DNA of 64,000 bases from Leptonemataceae bacterium (GTDB taxonomy: Bacteria > Spirochaetota > Leptospiria > Leptospirales > Leptonemataceae), in NCBI GenBank assembly GCA_965227295.1, contig OZ245742.1, positions 1,184,001 through 1,248,000 of the forward strand, given 5' to 3'. A model generated the notes under the pieces. It was not told the origin of the DNA and did not search any database. It saw only the letters and a list, made by a program, of their open reading frames with translations. Positions 27,443-37,650 of this stretch are shown here, one piece after another. The number at the start of each line of letters is the position of its first letter. Position 1 is the first letter of the stretch. The translations under genes and the position numbers were made by a program.

Positions 27443-29338
27443 TCAGCGCACCGGATCGATGACGGGGTCCCGGGCATCGGGCAGGTTTTTGTTTTTCTCT
27501 AAGTCGCGATAGTATTCGATGAGCGCTTTGCGTTCTTCGGGTTCCAGGCCGCGCATGCGCTGGATTTTCTGAAAGACGGGACCCCCGGCCTTGTACAGGG
27601 CGAAGACGTAGCGTTTCTTGTCGCTGAGTGTCGCCGCCGGCATGGTTGTCAGCAAGGCCAGGTAGTCGGCCGCCGTGGAGTACTCGCCGTAGCGCATGTG
27701 CACCCGCGCCAGTTCGCGCAGGATACCGGGCTCCCGGGAGGCGGACAGATCTTTGGCCAGGGCCAGCATGGTTTTTTCGTCGCCGCCGTTTTCGGCCGCC
27801 AGCATATAATCGAGCAGAAACTGATGGCCGTCCTGGCCGAACTCCCGCGCCTTGCCGAAGGCGAGCAGGGCGGGACCGCCGCGACCCTGGTCCCGGTGAA
27901 TCAATCCTTGCAGGTAGTAAGCTTCGGATAAGTTTGCCTTAAGCCCCACGGCTCGCTCGGCCAGGGCGAGGGCCGGTCCGGCTTCGTCCATGCGATACGC
28001 GGCGGAGGCCAGGTTGTAGACGTACGTGGGATTGTACGGACTTGCCTCGACGGCTTTGCGGAAGGCCTCGCGGGATTCCGGCAAACGTCCGGCCTCGCTC
28101 AGAATGACGCCCTTTAGATTCCAGGCCCGGGAAAAGTGCGGCTTTTTGTAGACGGCCTTATCCAGCGCGAGGAGTGCCTGGCCCTTTTCGCCGTCCTCGT
28201 ACAGACTCAAGGCGTGGAAGTAATGGTACTCCGGCGAATGTTCCGCGACATCTTTGAGGCGGCGTTCCAATCGCGGGATGCTGTGTCGCACGCGGTACTG
28301 GTACGCCGCGATGAGCTCCGCGGAGAGCTGGCGTACGGCCACGCGAATCTCGGCTTCTTTCAGGCCTTCCTTCGATGGTTCGTAGAACTCGGGTTTGGCC
28401 GGTTTTTTTTCGGACTCGGCCGACTTCTCCGTGGTGCCGGCCTGCTTTGGTTCGGCCTCGTTTCCGGCGTCCTGCGTGTTTTCGTCGTCCGTCGATGGCT
28501 CACCGGATGCAGGCGACGGGGTGCGGCGATCCGCGATGGCGGGCGGGGTGTCCGATTCCCGGGCTGAGAGCGTGTACAGCACGCCGGATCCGAACAGCAG
28601 CAGAACAGCCAGGGTGCCGCCGAGGAACTTACGCCAGGCATCGCGCAGGGAGGCAGGAATCAGGTCGCGATCCATAACGTCGGCATAACTCCGGCGTAAC
28701 CCGGCGTCCAGTGATTCTCCCTGAAGCAATCGCCCCCGGAGCCGTCCGCGCTCGCCCGCGCCGCGCCACACGGGACCCAACTCGGCAAATTCATCGTATG
28801 GCAGATGACTGACCGAACCAGCTCGAACCACGGAATAGCCGATGTAGTAGTGCGTTCCGGATTCGCTCATGCGAATGTGTTCATCCGGTGTTCCATTAAA
28901 CACAAAGCCGGTGGCGGGGTTGTCCGCTTCCAGGGGCCGCAAATACAGAAGTGCGTCCGTGTTCGCCGCGAGGGGGGCGGGCGCGTCGGCCTCGTGGGGC
29001 AGCAAGATGGTATCCGGGTTCATGAGGATGAGCGACTCGTCCGGCGGCAGCTTCGCGTCGGCGACGATCTTGCGGAGGCCGCCGGCCGTGCCCAGGATCT
29101 CCGGTTGTTCGTGGGAGAAAACGATGGGAAAGTGCGGGAAGTCGCGCAGCTCCTCGACGATGGCGTCGCCCAGGTAGTGGACGTTTACGAAGACCCGACT
29201 TACGTTCCAGCGTGAGAGTTGAAAGAGCGTGTAGTGGATGAGCGGGACACCGTTCACCGGAAGCAGTGGTTTCGGACGATCCTTTGTGAGTTCGCCCATG
29301 CGTTTGCCGAAACCGGCGGCGAGAACGAAGGCCTGCAT
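27443..29338 (-). CDS. MurU-like sugar-1-phosphate nucleotidyltransferase fused via a TM to a TPR domain
   Basis: MQAFVLAAGFGKRM..LT..RPKPLL.V.G, VNVHYLG, ILGTAGG, DAG; then TM LAVLLLFGSGVLY, a low-complexity linker and TPRs, with no in-frame stop. Confidence 0.8.
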   Translation of the reverse strand: MQAFVLAAGFGKRMGELTKDRPKPLLPVNGVPLIHYTLFQLSRWNVSRVFVNVHYLGDAIVEELRDFPHFPIVFSHEQPEILGTAGGLRKIVADAKLPPDESLILMNPDTILLPHEADAPAPLAANTDALLYLRPLEADNPATGFVFNGTPDEHIRMSESGTHYYIGYSVVRAGSVSHLPYDEFAELGPVWRGAGERGRLRGRLLQGESLDAGLRRSYADVMDRDLIPASLRDAWRKFLGGTLAVLLLFGSGVLYTLSARESDTPPAIADRRTPSPASGEPSTDDENTQDAGNEAEPKQAGTTEKSAESEKKPAKPEFYEPSKEGLKEAEIRVAVRQLSAELIAAYQYRVRHSIPRLERRLKDVAEHSPEYHYFHALSLYEDGEKGQALLALDKAVYKKPHFSRAWNLKGVILSEAGRLPESREAFRKAVEASPYNPTYVYNLASAAYRMDEAGPALALAERAVGLKANLSEAYYLQGLIHRDQGRGGPALLAFGKAREFGQDGHQFLLDYMLAAENGGDEKTMLALAKDLSASREPGILRELARVHMRYGEYSTAADYLALLTTMPAATLSDKKRYVFALYKAGGPVFQKIQRMRGLEPEERKALIEYYRDLEKNKNLPDARDPVIDPVR

Positions 29339-29339
29339 A

Positions 29340-30392
29340 TTACGTATGATTGCCGCGTGCAGCACTACCACGCACGGTTTTCAATTGCGGGAGTAAACGC
29401 TGCACGTCCCGGGCAAAGAGATAGACCGAGTCCGGGAAACGTCCGAGCTGGGCGACCTCTTCGATGCGCTGCAATGCTGCTGGAATCGAAGGCGCGTAGA
29501 CCTTGTGATTTTTAACGTAGACCTGGTGCACGTAAGTACCGAGGGCCTTGAGTAATCGTTGCAGGGCCTGAGCGTAGTAGAGCCCCAGGCGCGGTTCCGT
29601 ACCGCTCTGAGAGAAATAATAGTCGAGGAGGTCCCGCCGATCGGCAAGATCGATGGGTGCGTAGGGATCATAGAGCAGCGACGCGAGATCGTAGTACGGC
29701 AACCCCATGCGTGCATCCTGAAAATCGATGATGCTGAGGATCGGGCCGTCGTCTCCGTCGCGGACCAGGACGTTGCGGGAGTGATAGTCTCGATGCGTGA
29801 AGACCGCTTCGCCGCCGGCTTTGCCCAGAGACTGACAGAGACTTCGCGCAAACATTTCCAGTTCGAAAGTTAGCGGCGAAGCCACGCCGGCTGCCTGGCA
29901 GGCGTCCGCCAGGTTCTGGAAGAGAAACTGCATTTCCGCGTAAAGTTTTTCGAAGTCGAAGAGCCGGTCCCGGACCGCCGCCGGCGGTTCGCCGAGTTTA
30001 TGCATGCGGATCATGAGGTCGATAGCGCCGCGGAGCAGGGCGCGTTTCGTTCCCGTCTCGCCCGCATCCACGGCTCGCACCAGGCGGTCGCACAGTTCGT
30101 CCGTGCCGCCGTCGGAGAGCAGCATGCGTCCCTGGTTGCGATCCAGGGCATAGACCCGCGGAACCGGAAGGTCGAACTTGCGCAGGTAGTCGCCGATCTT
30201 GAGAAAGTGATCTTCGTCGTTGTACGGTGTCGTCAGGCCGGCGCAGAGCACCGCTGTATGCGGGCCGCTGCCGGGATTCGCAAAGTGCAGACGAAAGTAG
30301 CGCCGCTGCGAAGCCTCGGGGTGCAGTTCTTCGCTGCTGTGCTCCGGATCGAAGCCGGCCTCTTTCAGGAAATCTTTGAGGTTCTGATACAC
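29340..30392 (-). CDS. AmgK-like anomeric MurNAc/GlcNAc kinase (APH family)
   Basis: EASQRRYFR, HRDYHSRN, IDFQDA..G...YDLASLLYD, LQR.LKALG; directly upstream of the murU-like gene. Confidence 0.85.
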   Translation of the reverse strand: MYQNLKDFLKEAGFDPEHSSEELHPEASQRRYFRLHFANPGSGPHTAVLCAGLTTPYNDEDHFLKIGDYLRKFDLPVPRVYALDRNQGRMLLSDGGTDELCDRLVRAVDAGETGTKRALLRGAIDLMIRMHKLGEPPAAVRDRLFDFEKLYAEMQFLFQNLADACQAAGVASPLTFELEMFARSLCQSLGKAGGEAVFTHRDYHSRNVLVRDGDDGPILSIIDFQDARMGLPYYDLASLLYDPYAPIDLADRRDLLDYYFSQSGTEPRLGLYYAQALQRLLKALGTYVHQVYVKNHKVYAPSIPAALQRIEEVAQLGRFPDSVYLFARDVQRLLPQLKTVRGSAARGNHT

Positions 30393-30420
30393 CGTCTACG
30401 TCGCTAATATTCTGTGAGGA

Positions 30421-31638
30421 TTACTTAAGATCGTTGACCATGTTGCCCAGGCGTTCCAGACCCTTGCGTAACGAGTTTTCGTCCAGGGCGAAGGAAATAC
30501 GCAGGCCGTGATCGTCTCCGAAGGCCGTGCCCGGCACTGCGGCGACGTCGTAGTGATCCAGCAATTGCGTGCAGAAAACTCGCGAGCGAGAGGTGTCGTC
30601 ACGTTCTTTCATGAGCGCCTGGAAGCGCGGCCATTCGTAGATGGAGCTGATGTCCGGAAACGCATAGAACGCGCCGCGGGGCTTTACGATGCGCACGCCG
30701 TCGATGCTCTGCAACATGCGATACACCAGGTCGCGCCGTTCTTCAAAGGCCGCGCGCATTTCCGCGACGCAGTCCTGGCTGGAGCCCAGGGCCGCCGTGG
30801 CCGCCGCCTGGGAGACGCTGCACGGATTCGACGTGCTCTGTCCCTGGATCTTTTCCATGTTTTTGATGATGTACTCCGGCCCCGCGGCGAAACCGATGCG
30901 CCAGCCGGTCATGCTGTAGGCCTTGCTTACGCCGTTGATGATGAACGTGCGCTCTTTCAGCTCGGGCCGAAGCATGGCGGGGTTGTAGAACTTACGCCCG
31001 TCGTACACGATGTGTTCGTAGATGTCGTCGGTGGCGATGAGAATGTTCGGATGTTCCAGGAGAACGCCGCAGATTTGTTCGAGGTCCGCGCGTTCGAACA
31101 TGGAACCCGTCGGATTGCACGGGCTGTTGAAGACGATCATGCGCGTGCGATCGGTGATCGCGTTACGTAGTTGTTCGGCATGGATGAGATAGTCCGCATC
31201 GAAGCCGGCCGGGAGCAGCTTCGGCTCCGCTCCGGCGAAACGAATCATGTCCGCGTACGAGACCCAGCAGGGGGAGGGTACAATCACTTCGTCGCCGGGA
31301 TTGAGGGTAGCCAGGAAGAGATTGAACAGGATTTGTTTGCCGCCGTTCGAAACGGTGACCTGCTTCGGCTCGTACTCCAGGCCGTTGTCGCGCTGGAATT
31401 TTTCGACGATGGTTTTCTTGAGTTTCGGCGTGCCGCCGACGTTCGTGTACTTCGTCTGACCGCCGGCGATGGCCTCCCGGGCGGCATCTTTGATGTGTTC
31501 GGGCGTGTCGAAATCCGGTTCGCCGGCGCCGAAGCCGATGACGTCCCGGCCGGCGGCCTTGAGTTCCCGGGCGCGGGCGGTGATAACGAGCGTCGGCGAC
31601 GGCTCGATCACGTTCAAACGATGCGCGACGAATGCCAT
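30421..31638 (-). CDS. aspC: Aspartate aminotransferase (PLP, class I/II)
   Basis: GEPDFDTP, NSPCNPTG, DDIYE, SKAYSMTGWRIG. Confidence 0.9.
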   Translation of the reverse strand: MAFVAHRLNVIEPSPTLVITARARELKAAGRDVIGFGAGEPDFDTPEHIKDAAREAIAGGQTKYTNVGGTPKLKKTIVEKFQRDNGLEYEPKQVTVSNGGKQILFNLFLATLNPGDEVIVPSPCWVSYADMIRFAGAEPKLLPAGFDADYLIHAEQLRNAITDRTRMIVFNSPCNPTGSMFERADLEQICGVLLEHPNILIATDDIYEHIVYDGRKFYNPAMLRPELKERTFIINGVSKAYSMTGWRIGFAAGPEYIIKNMEKIQGQSTSNPCSVSQAAATAALGSSQDCVAEMRAAFEERRDLVYRMLQSIDGVRIVKPRGAFYAFPDISSIYEWPRFQALMKERDDTSRSRVFCTQLLDHYDVAAVPGTAFGDDHGLRISFALDENSLRKGLERLGNMVNDLK

Positions 31639-31727
31639 TTACTGGAAGACAGGGTTCCCGGGCCGGGCCGTCCTGGGTAGAAAAAAATCCGACTCAGCGT
31701 GCAAGAAGCATCGCACAATTTTAAGTT

Positions 31728-32216
31728 ATGCATATCGTTCTCTACCGACCTGAAATCCCGCAGAACACCGGCAACATCGGTCGGCTGTGCTTTTGTACGA
31801 ACAGTAAGTTGCACATCGTAGGTGAACCGTCGTTTTCCATGGACGAGTCTGCCGTGCGTCGTGCCGGTCTGGACTACTGGCGGCAGTTGGATTTGACACT
31901 CCATGCCGACTGGGCCGCGTTTCTGGAATATGCCGCCGCGCAGAATTTAAGGATCTTTCTGTACACGCGGTTCGCGCGGAATGTATACAGTGACGTGAGT
32001 TATGCGATGAACGACGCTCTGGTCTTCGGCCGCGAAACCGACGGCCTGCCGGAAGAAGTGCGTGCGTCGATCGAAGCGAAGCATCCGGAGCGCGTGCTCA
32101 GGATTCCGGTGGGGGCGGAATGTCGTTCGCTAAACCTGGCGAACACCGCGGCGCTGGTGTTGTACGAGGCGCTACGGCAGCAGGGTTATCCGGGATTGGA
32201 GCGGGGCTTTGAGTAA
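31728..32216 (+). CDS. trmL: tRNA (cytidine/uridine34-2'-O)-methyltransferase
   Basis: PEIPQNTGNIGR, RRAGLDYW, FGRET.GLP, RSLNLA. Confidence 0.95.
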   Translation: MHIVLYRPEIPQNTGNIGRLCFCTNSKLHIVGEPSFSMDESAVRRAGLDYWRQLDLTLHADWAAFLEYAAAQNLRIFLYTRFARNVYSDVSYAMNDALVFGRETDGLPEEVRASIEAKHPERVLRIPVGAECRSLNLANTAALVLYEALRQQGYPGLERGFE

Positions 32217-32218
32217 AC

Positions 32219-33124
32219 TCAGTGCCCTTTTTCCAGGTCCCCGGCGCGACGCTGCAACATATCCAGGCTGTGCTGCACTTCTTCGAGCTGGTGCTTCAAC
32301 TTCTTAAAGTCGTCCCCGATGCTCGGCATGCCTTCTTCGGCCATGTGCATCTTGCGCAGCTCTTCTTCCTGTTCAGCCTGAGCCTCGTCCATGCCGTTTA
32401 AGATCACACCGACAAACAGGTTCAGGAAGATCATGGTGCCGAGCAATACGAACGAAACGAAGTACGCCGCGCCGATGACGGGCATGGCCTGGGAGTTCGT
32501 GCACAGCGCCTCGGACTGCCCCCCGACGTAACCGTAGTTCGCGCATCCGTACATCTGGATGTACATGAGGTCGGTCCAGTCTTCCAGCGTGACCGCGCGG
32601 AAGAGCGAGAGCATGGACAGCGGCAGATCGGCGAAATGCACCGGATCGTTTTCGCGGAAGAGGAACGTGCCGGCCACGGCGTAGATGTAGAACATCAAAA
32701 AGAGCAGCACCGCCACGTAGCCCATCGACGGAATCGACTTGATGAGCGCGCCGACGAGGATTTGCAGGCGTGGTACCGCGCGCACGAGCCGCAATACCCG
32801 CAGCAAACGCGCGAGGCGCAGCACGGTCACGTACTGGGTATCGATGGGCATCAGCGCCGCGGCGACGATGATGAAGTCGAAGACGTTCCAGGGGTCCTTG
32901 AAGTAGTCCCAGGGGCGCGGCCACTCGGCGCCCATCTTGAGCACCACTTCCGCGATAAAAATGATCAGAATGATCTGATTCAACAGGTGCAGCGGTTCTC
33001 CGTAAGCCGCGACGACGGACGGATACGTTTCGAAACCGATGACCACGGCGGCCAGGAGAATTACGAACGTGATGAAGTTCTGAAACCAGTTCGATCGCGT
33101 GATCGTTTGCAACAGACTGACCAT
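32219..33124 (-). CDS. Voltage-gated 6TM cation channel (BacNav/AnclNav-like)
   Basis: WNVFDF (S3), S4 LRLARLLRVLRLVR, pore filter TLEDWTD, LNLFVGVI (S6), C-terminal coiled coil. Confidence 0.93.
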   Translation of the reverse strand: MVSLLQTITRSNWFQNFITFVILLAAVVIGFETYPSVVAAYGEPLHLLNQIILIIFIAEVVLKMGAEWPRPWDYFKDPWNVFDFIIVAAALMPIDTQYVTVLRLARLLRVLRLVRAVPRLQILVGALIKSIPSMGYVAVLLFLMFYIYAVAGTFLFRENDPVHFADLPLSMLSLFRAVTLEDWTDLMYIQMYGCANYGYVGGQSEALCTNSQAMPVIGAAYFVSFVLLGTMIFLNLFVGVILNGMDEAQAEQEEELRKMHMAEEGMPSIGDDFKKLKHQLEEVQHSLDMLQRRAGDLEKGH

Positions 33125-33172
33125 AAGACTCCCGCCTTGTGTGATGATTGCTAACTGTTACTTGTCGCTGAT

Positions 33173-34375
<1,203 letters not shown>

Positions 34376-34400
34376 AAAAGACTACCAGCCCACCCGCGAA

Positions 34401-35558
34401 TCAGTACGCGGCAATCAGGATCGTCTCGATCTCGTTACGGTCCAGCTCCCGCGGTGAGTTGCTGATGTACGGAATCGACACGGCCTGGCCCGCGATGTCC
34501 GGCAGGTCGGTCTTGGAGATCTCGAACTCCGAGAGCCGCTGGGGAATCTTCAGTTCCAGGTAAATCTTTCGCACGCCCTCCACGGCCTTGATGGCCGCCT
34601 CGATGACCGTAATGTCTTTGATGTCTTCGTCCAGCGCCCGGGCGATCTGCACGTACTTGCCGGCGGACGTCGTAAGGTTGTACTCCATGATGTGCGGGAG
34701 CAGGATCGCCATGGCCATGAAGAAATCGATGTTCGTAAGGTTGGCCGTGGCCGCGGCGATGGCGTAGCCGAGGCCGAGCAGGGAATTCGAATGCGCCATG
34801 CCGCAGAGCATCGAGGCCATGGCCACATTCATGCGTGCGGCGTTGTTTGACGGTTCGTTGGCCAGCGTGGTCAGGTTGCGGGTGATGAGTTCCAGGGAGC
34901 GCAGCGCGATGGAGTTCGTGATCTCGTTGGACTTTTTCGAAAGAATCGTTTCCACCGCGGCCGACATAACGGCGATGCCCGCGCGCGACAAATCGCCGGT
35001 GGTCATGCCGGTGCTGATGTTCGGATCGATGAAGATCATCGCCGGGAAGAGCCGCGTGTCGTAGCCGTGGAACGCGGACCGGGTGTCCTTGTTGTAGATG
35101 CTGAAGCCCGGCGTGGACTCCTCGCCCATGGACGGACCGACGGGTACGTTAATGACCGGGTGCGGCGGTTTCTTCAGCGGCATGGTGGATTCGTTGAGAT
35201 CGCCCGCGAAAAGATCGTTGGTGCTCAGGAGCGAGATGGCCCGGGCCGCATGGAACGTGGTGCGTGAGCCGAAGGCCAGGATGACGTCGGCGTTGCACTG
35301 CTTCGCGAAGTAGGCGGCGGTATCCAGTTCTTCGAGGCCGGGTTTTTCGAGCATATCGTCGTAGACGATGGCACCGGTGGTGTGTTTTTCGAGACTGGTC
35401 TTAATGACGGCGAGTTCGTCGGGATTGGAGAGGTCTTCCTGGACGGCGAGCACGAGCACGCGGTTGCCGATGTCCCGCACCATCGTGCCGATCTTATGAG
35501 TGGCGTCGCGTTCGAAGTAGACGCGCGAGGGAAACTGATAGTGTACCCAATCGAACAT
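34401..35558 (-). CDS. Iron-containing alcohol dehydrogenase-fold protein with degenerate active site
   Basis: Fe-ADH architecture (P..V.F, GEE.T, IDP, AILLPHIMEYN, IP.RL.E, NSPR) but the GGGS motif and metal ligands are altered. Confidence 0.85.
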   Translation of the reverse strand: MFDWVHYQFPSRVYFERDATHKIGTMVRDIGNRVLVLAVQEDLSNPDELAVIKTSLEKHTTGAIVYDDMLEKPGLEELDTAAYFAKQCNADVILAFGSRTTFHAARAISLLSTNDLFAGDLNESTMPLKKPPHPVINVPVGPSMGEESTPGFSIYNKDTRSAFHGYDTRLFPAMIFIDPNISTGMTTGDLSRAGIAVMSAAVETILSKKSNEITNSIALRSLELITRNLTTLANEPSNNAARMNVAMASMLCGMAHSNSLLGLGYAIAAATANLTNIDFFMAMAILLPHIMEYNLTTSAGKYVQIARALDEDIKDITVIEAAIKAVEGVRKIYLELKIPQRLSEFEISKTDLPDIAGQAVSIPYISNSPRELDRNEIETILIAAY

Positions 35559-35578
35559 GTTGATATGCGGAGTCGCCC

Positions 35579-36385
35579 GTGAGCGAGGCCCCGATCCTCT
35601 CTTCGCGTTCCAATCCGCGGTACCGGCTGTATCGCGGACTCTTTGAGTCGCGCAATATCAAGAAGCACGGCCTGACCCTGGTGGGCGGTCGCCGCCTGGT
35701 GCAGGAGTTCCTACACGATTTCCCCGACCGCGTGGACGCAATACTATTGTCGGCCGGGGACGCTGCTCCGGAGAGCACGGGAAATGCAGCGATGGTCCGC
35801 TTTGCGCCGGAGCTGTTCGCCGAAATCGATCAACAGGGCACCGGATCGCCGTTGCTGGCCGTCCGGGTGCCCGAGCTGCCGGAGTTTACCAGGCCGGGTG
35901 CCGGGCTCACGGTGTATCTACCGCTTTCGGATCCGGAGAATCTGGGGGCGGCGCTGCGCACATCGGCGGCCTTCGGTGCGCAGGCGGTCGTATTGCTGAA
36001 AGAAGCGGCGCATCCGTTTCATCCGCGGGCCATCCGGGCGGCGGCGGGGGAGGCGTTTCATTTGCAGATGTTCCGTGGCCCTTCGATCGAAGCGTTGCAG
36101 GATGATGGGACGGTCCTGCTCTTCGCCCTGGATGCCGGGCCGGGGGCGGTGGATGTAGCAGCGGCGGAGTTCCCGCCGGACTTCGGCTTATTGGTCGGAG
36201 AGGAGGGCCGCGGCGTGCCGGAATCGCTGAACGTACGGCGCCTGGCGATTGCGCTGGCGGACGAGCGCGTGGAGTCGCTCAATGCTGCGGTGGCTTTCGG
36301 AATTGCAATGTACGCGATTTCACGCCGGCGTCCTATCGCCGTAAAATATAATCCTCCCCACCACCGGGATCACTCACGCGAATGA
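35579..36385 (+). CDS. TrmH/SpoU family RNA methyltransferase
   Basis: SRSNP, DPENLGAALRT..AFG, GEEGRGV, VESLNAAVA. Confidence 0.92.
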   Translation: MSEAPILSSRSNPRYRLYRGLFESRNIKKHGLTLVGGRRLVQEFLHDFPDRVDAILLSAGDAAPESTGNAAMVRFAPELFAEIDQQGTGSPLLAVRVPELPEFTRPGAGLTVYLPLSDPENLGAALRTSAAFGAQAVVLLKEAAHPFHPRAIRAAAGEAFHLQMFRGPSIEALQDDGTVLLFALDAGPGAVDVAAAEFPPDFGLLVGEEGRGVPESLNVRRLAIALADERVESLNAAVAFGIAMYAISRRRPIAVKYNPPHHRDHSRE

Positions 36386-37430
36386 ACAACCGCCGCTGCA
36401 CGTCGACGCCCAGCAGCACCTGGTAGACGTCCGTCAACACGGCACGGCCCGAGTAATAACCGTGTCCCAGACCGACGGAGTCGATCTCGTTGACGTTGAT
36501 GACGTCGATGCCCGGCGTTTTCGCGCACTGCCCCACTCGATGATTGCCGTTGAACTGCTGCGACGACACGAGGGCGTTATCGCCGGGGGAACAATAAAGG
36601 GTTACGCGGCGCGCGGAGCGACTGAGATTCGGCGCCAGCTTGCGGAACTCGTCGGTGGGAAAGTCCGGCGCGTTCAGGATGAGTTCGCCGAGAAATTTCT
36701 GTTTGCCCGGCGCTGCAAGCTTCGCCACGGCGGGCAGCACGATCTGATGGCCCATGCTGTGAACGTAGACATGTACGGTCTTGCCGGTGCCGGCGAGTTG
36801 TTCCAGGAATTCGGCGAACGGCTCCACGGTGCGCGCGGCGGCTGCCTTGTTGATGGCGTATGTGCGGTTCATGAGGAGCTGGTTGACCAGGCCGTCACTG
36901 GCTCCGGCCGGCCAGGTGAAGACGACGGGAGTACCGGGGAACTTCGCATCGTAGGTGAGCTGGGCAGTGCGCAGGACAGCCTCCTCGTAGCGCACGTTGA
37001 AGCCGTGTACAAATAGAAGAATCTCCTTGTCCTGGCTGGTTGCCAGGCGTTGGAAGAACGTGGGGCCGGGCAGTTCGTCGTGAGCGCCGAGTTTGAAGTA
37101 GTCGTTAGGGTCGGCGTAGCGAGCGTCGGTGCGGTCGACACTGCCGACGGCGTGTTTCTTCGGGACGTTGATGCTGCACGTACCGTAGCTTACCTGCGCG
37201 GTGCCGTTTGTACTGAAGTAGTGGTTCGAGCACGCCGGAGAAGCCGCGGGATTGGGCCGGCGGTTGGTGGCGAAGAGGACGTCGATCAGCGCGGAGGCGT
37301 CGTAGGGTCGACTGATGTGCCGGTTCAGGAGTTCGCCGGGTTCCGGCGTGGACAGCAGACTGGCGCAGGCAGGGAACAGGGCGACGAGACTGAGGATCAG
37401 CGGAATCGGCGATAAACGGGACGGCTGCAT
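36333..37430 (-). CDS. DUF900 alpha/beta hydrolase lipoprotein
   Basis: Lipobox-like LFPAC; FATNR, LFVHGFN, FTWPA, VHSMG nucleophile elbow, APD, GHGYY. Confidence 0.88.
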   Translation of the reverse strand: MQPSRLSPIPLILSLVALFPACASLLSTPEPGELLNRHISRPYDASALIDVLFATNRRPNPAASPACSNHYFSTNGTAQVSYGTCSINVPKKHAVGSVDRTDARYADPNDYFKLGAHDELPGPTFFQRLATSQDKEILLFVHGFNVRYEEAVLRTAQLTYDAKFPGTPVVFTWPAGASDGLVNQLLMNRTYAINKAAAARTVEPFAEFLEQLAGTGKTVHVYVHSMGHQIVLPAVAKLAAPGKQKFLGELILNAPDFPTDEFRKLAPNLSRSARRVTLYCSPGDNALVSSQQFNGNHRVGQCAKTPGIDVINVNEIDSVGLGHGYYSGRAVLTDVYQVLLGVDVQRRLFIRVSDPGGGEDYILRR

Positions 37431-37650
37431 ACTCCCTGATGAGGCCTTATGTCGCAAAAACCAGAATTTTTTTTCGTTTTTGTACGGTCCGGTCGCCCGG
37501 GTGCCGGATTTTTTCTTTTTTGCGGCGATAGCCCGGGAATGATCAATCGTACGGAAAGAGGGATCAAGCTTCCCCTGCAATGATTCGATAATGAGAAGGG
37601 GGCAAGCTATGTCCGTATTGCCCCGTCGCGACGGACAGAGAGGACTCGCA

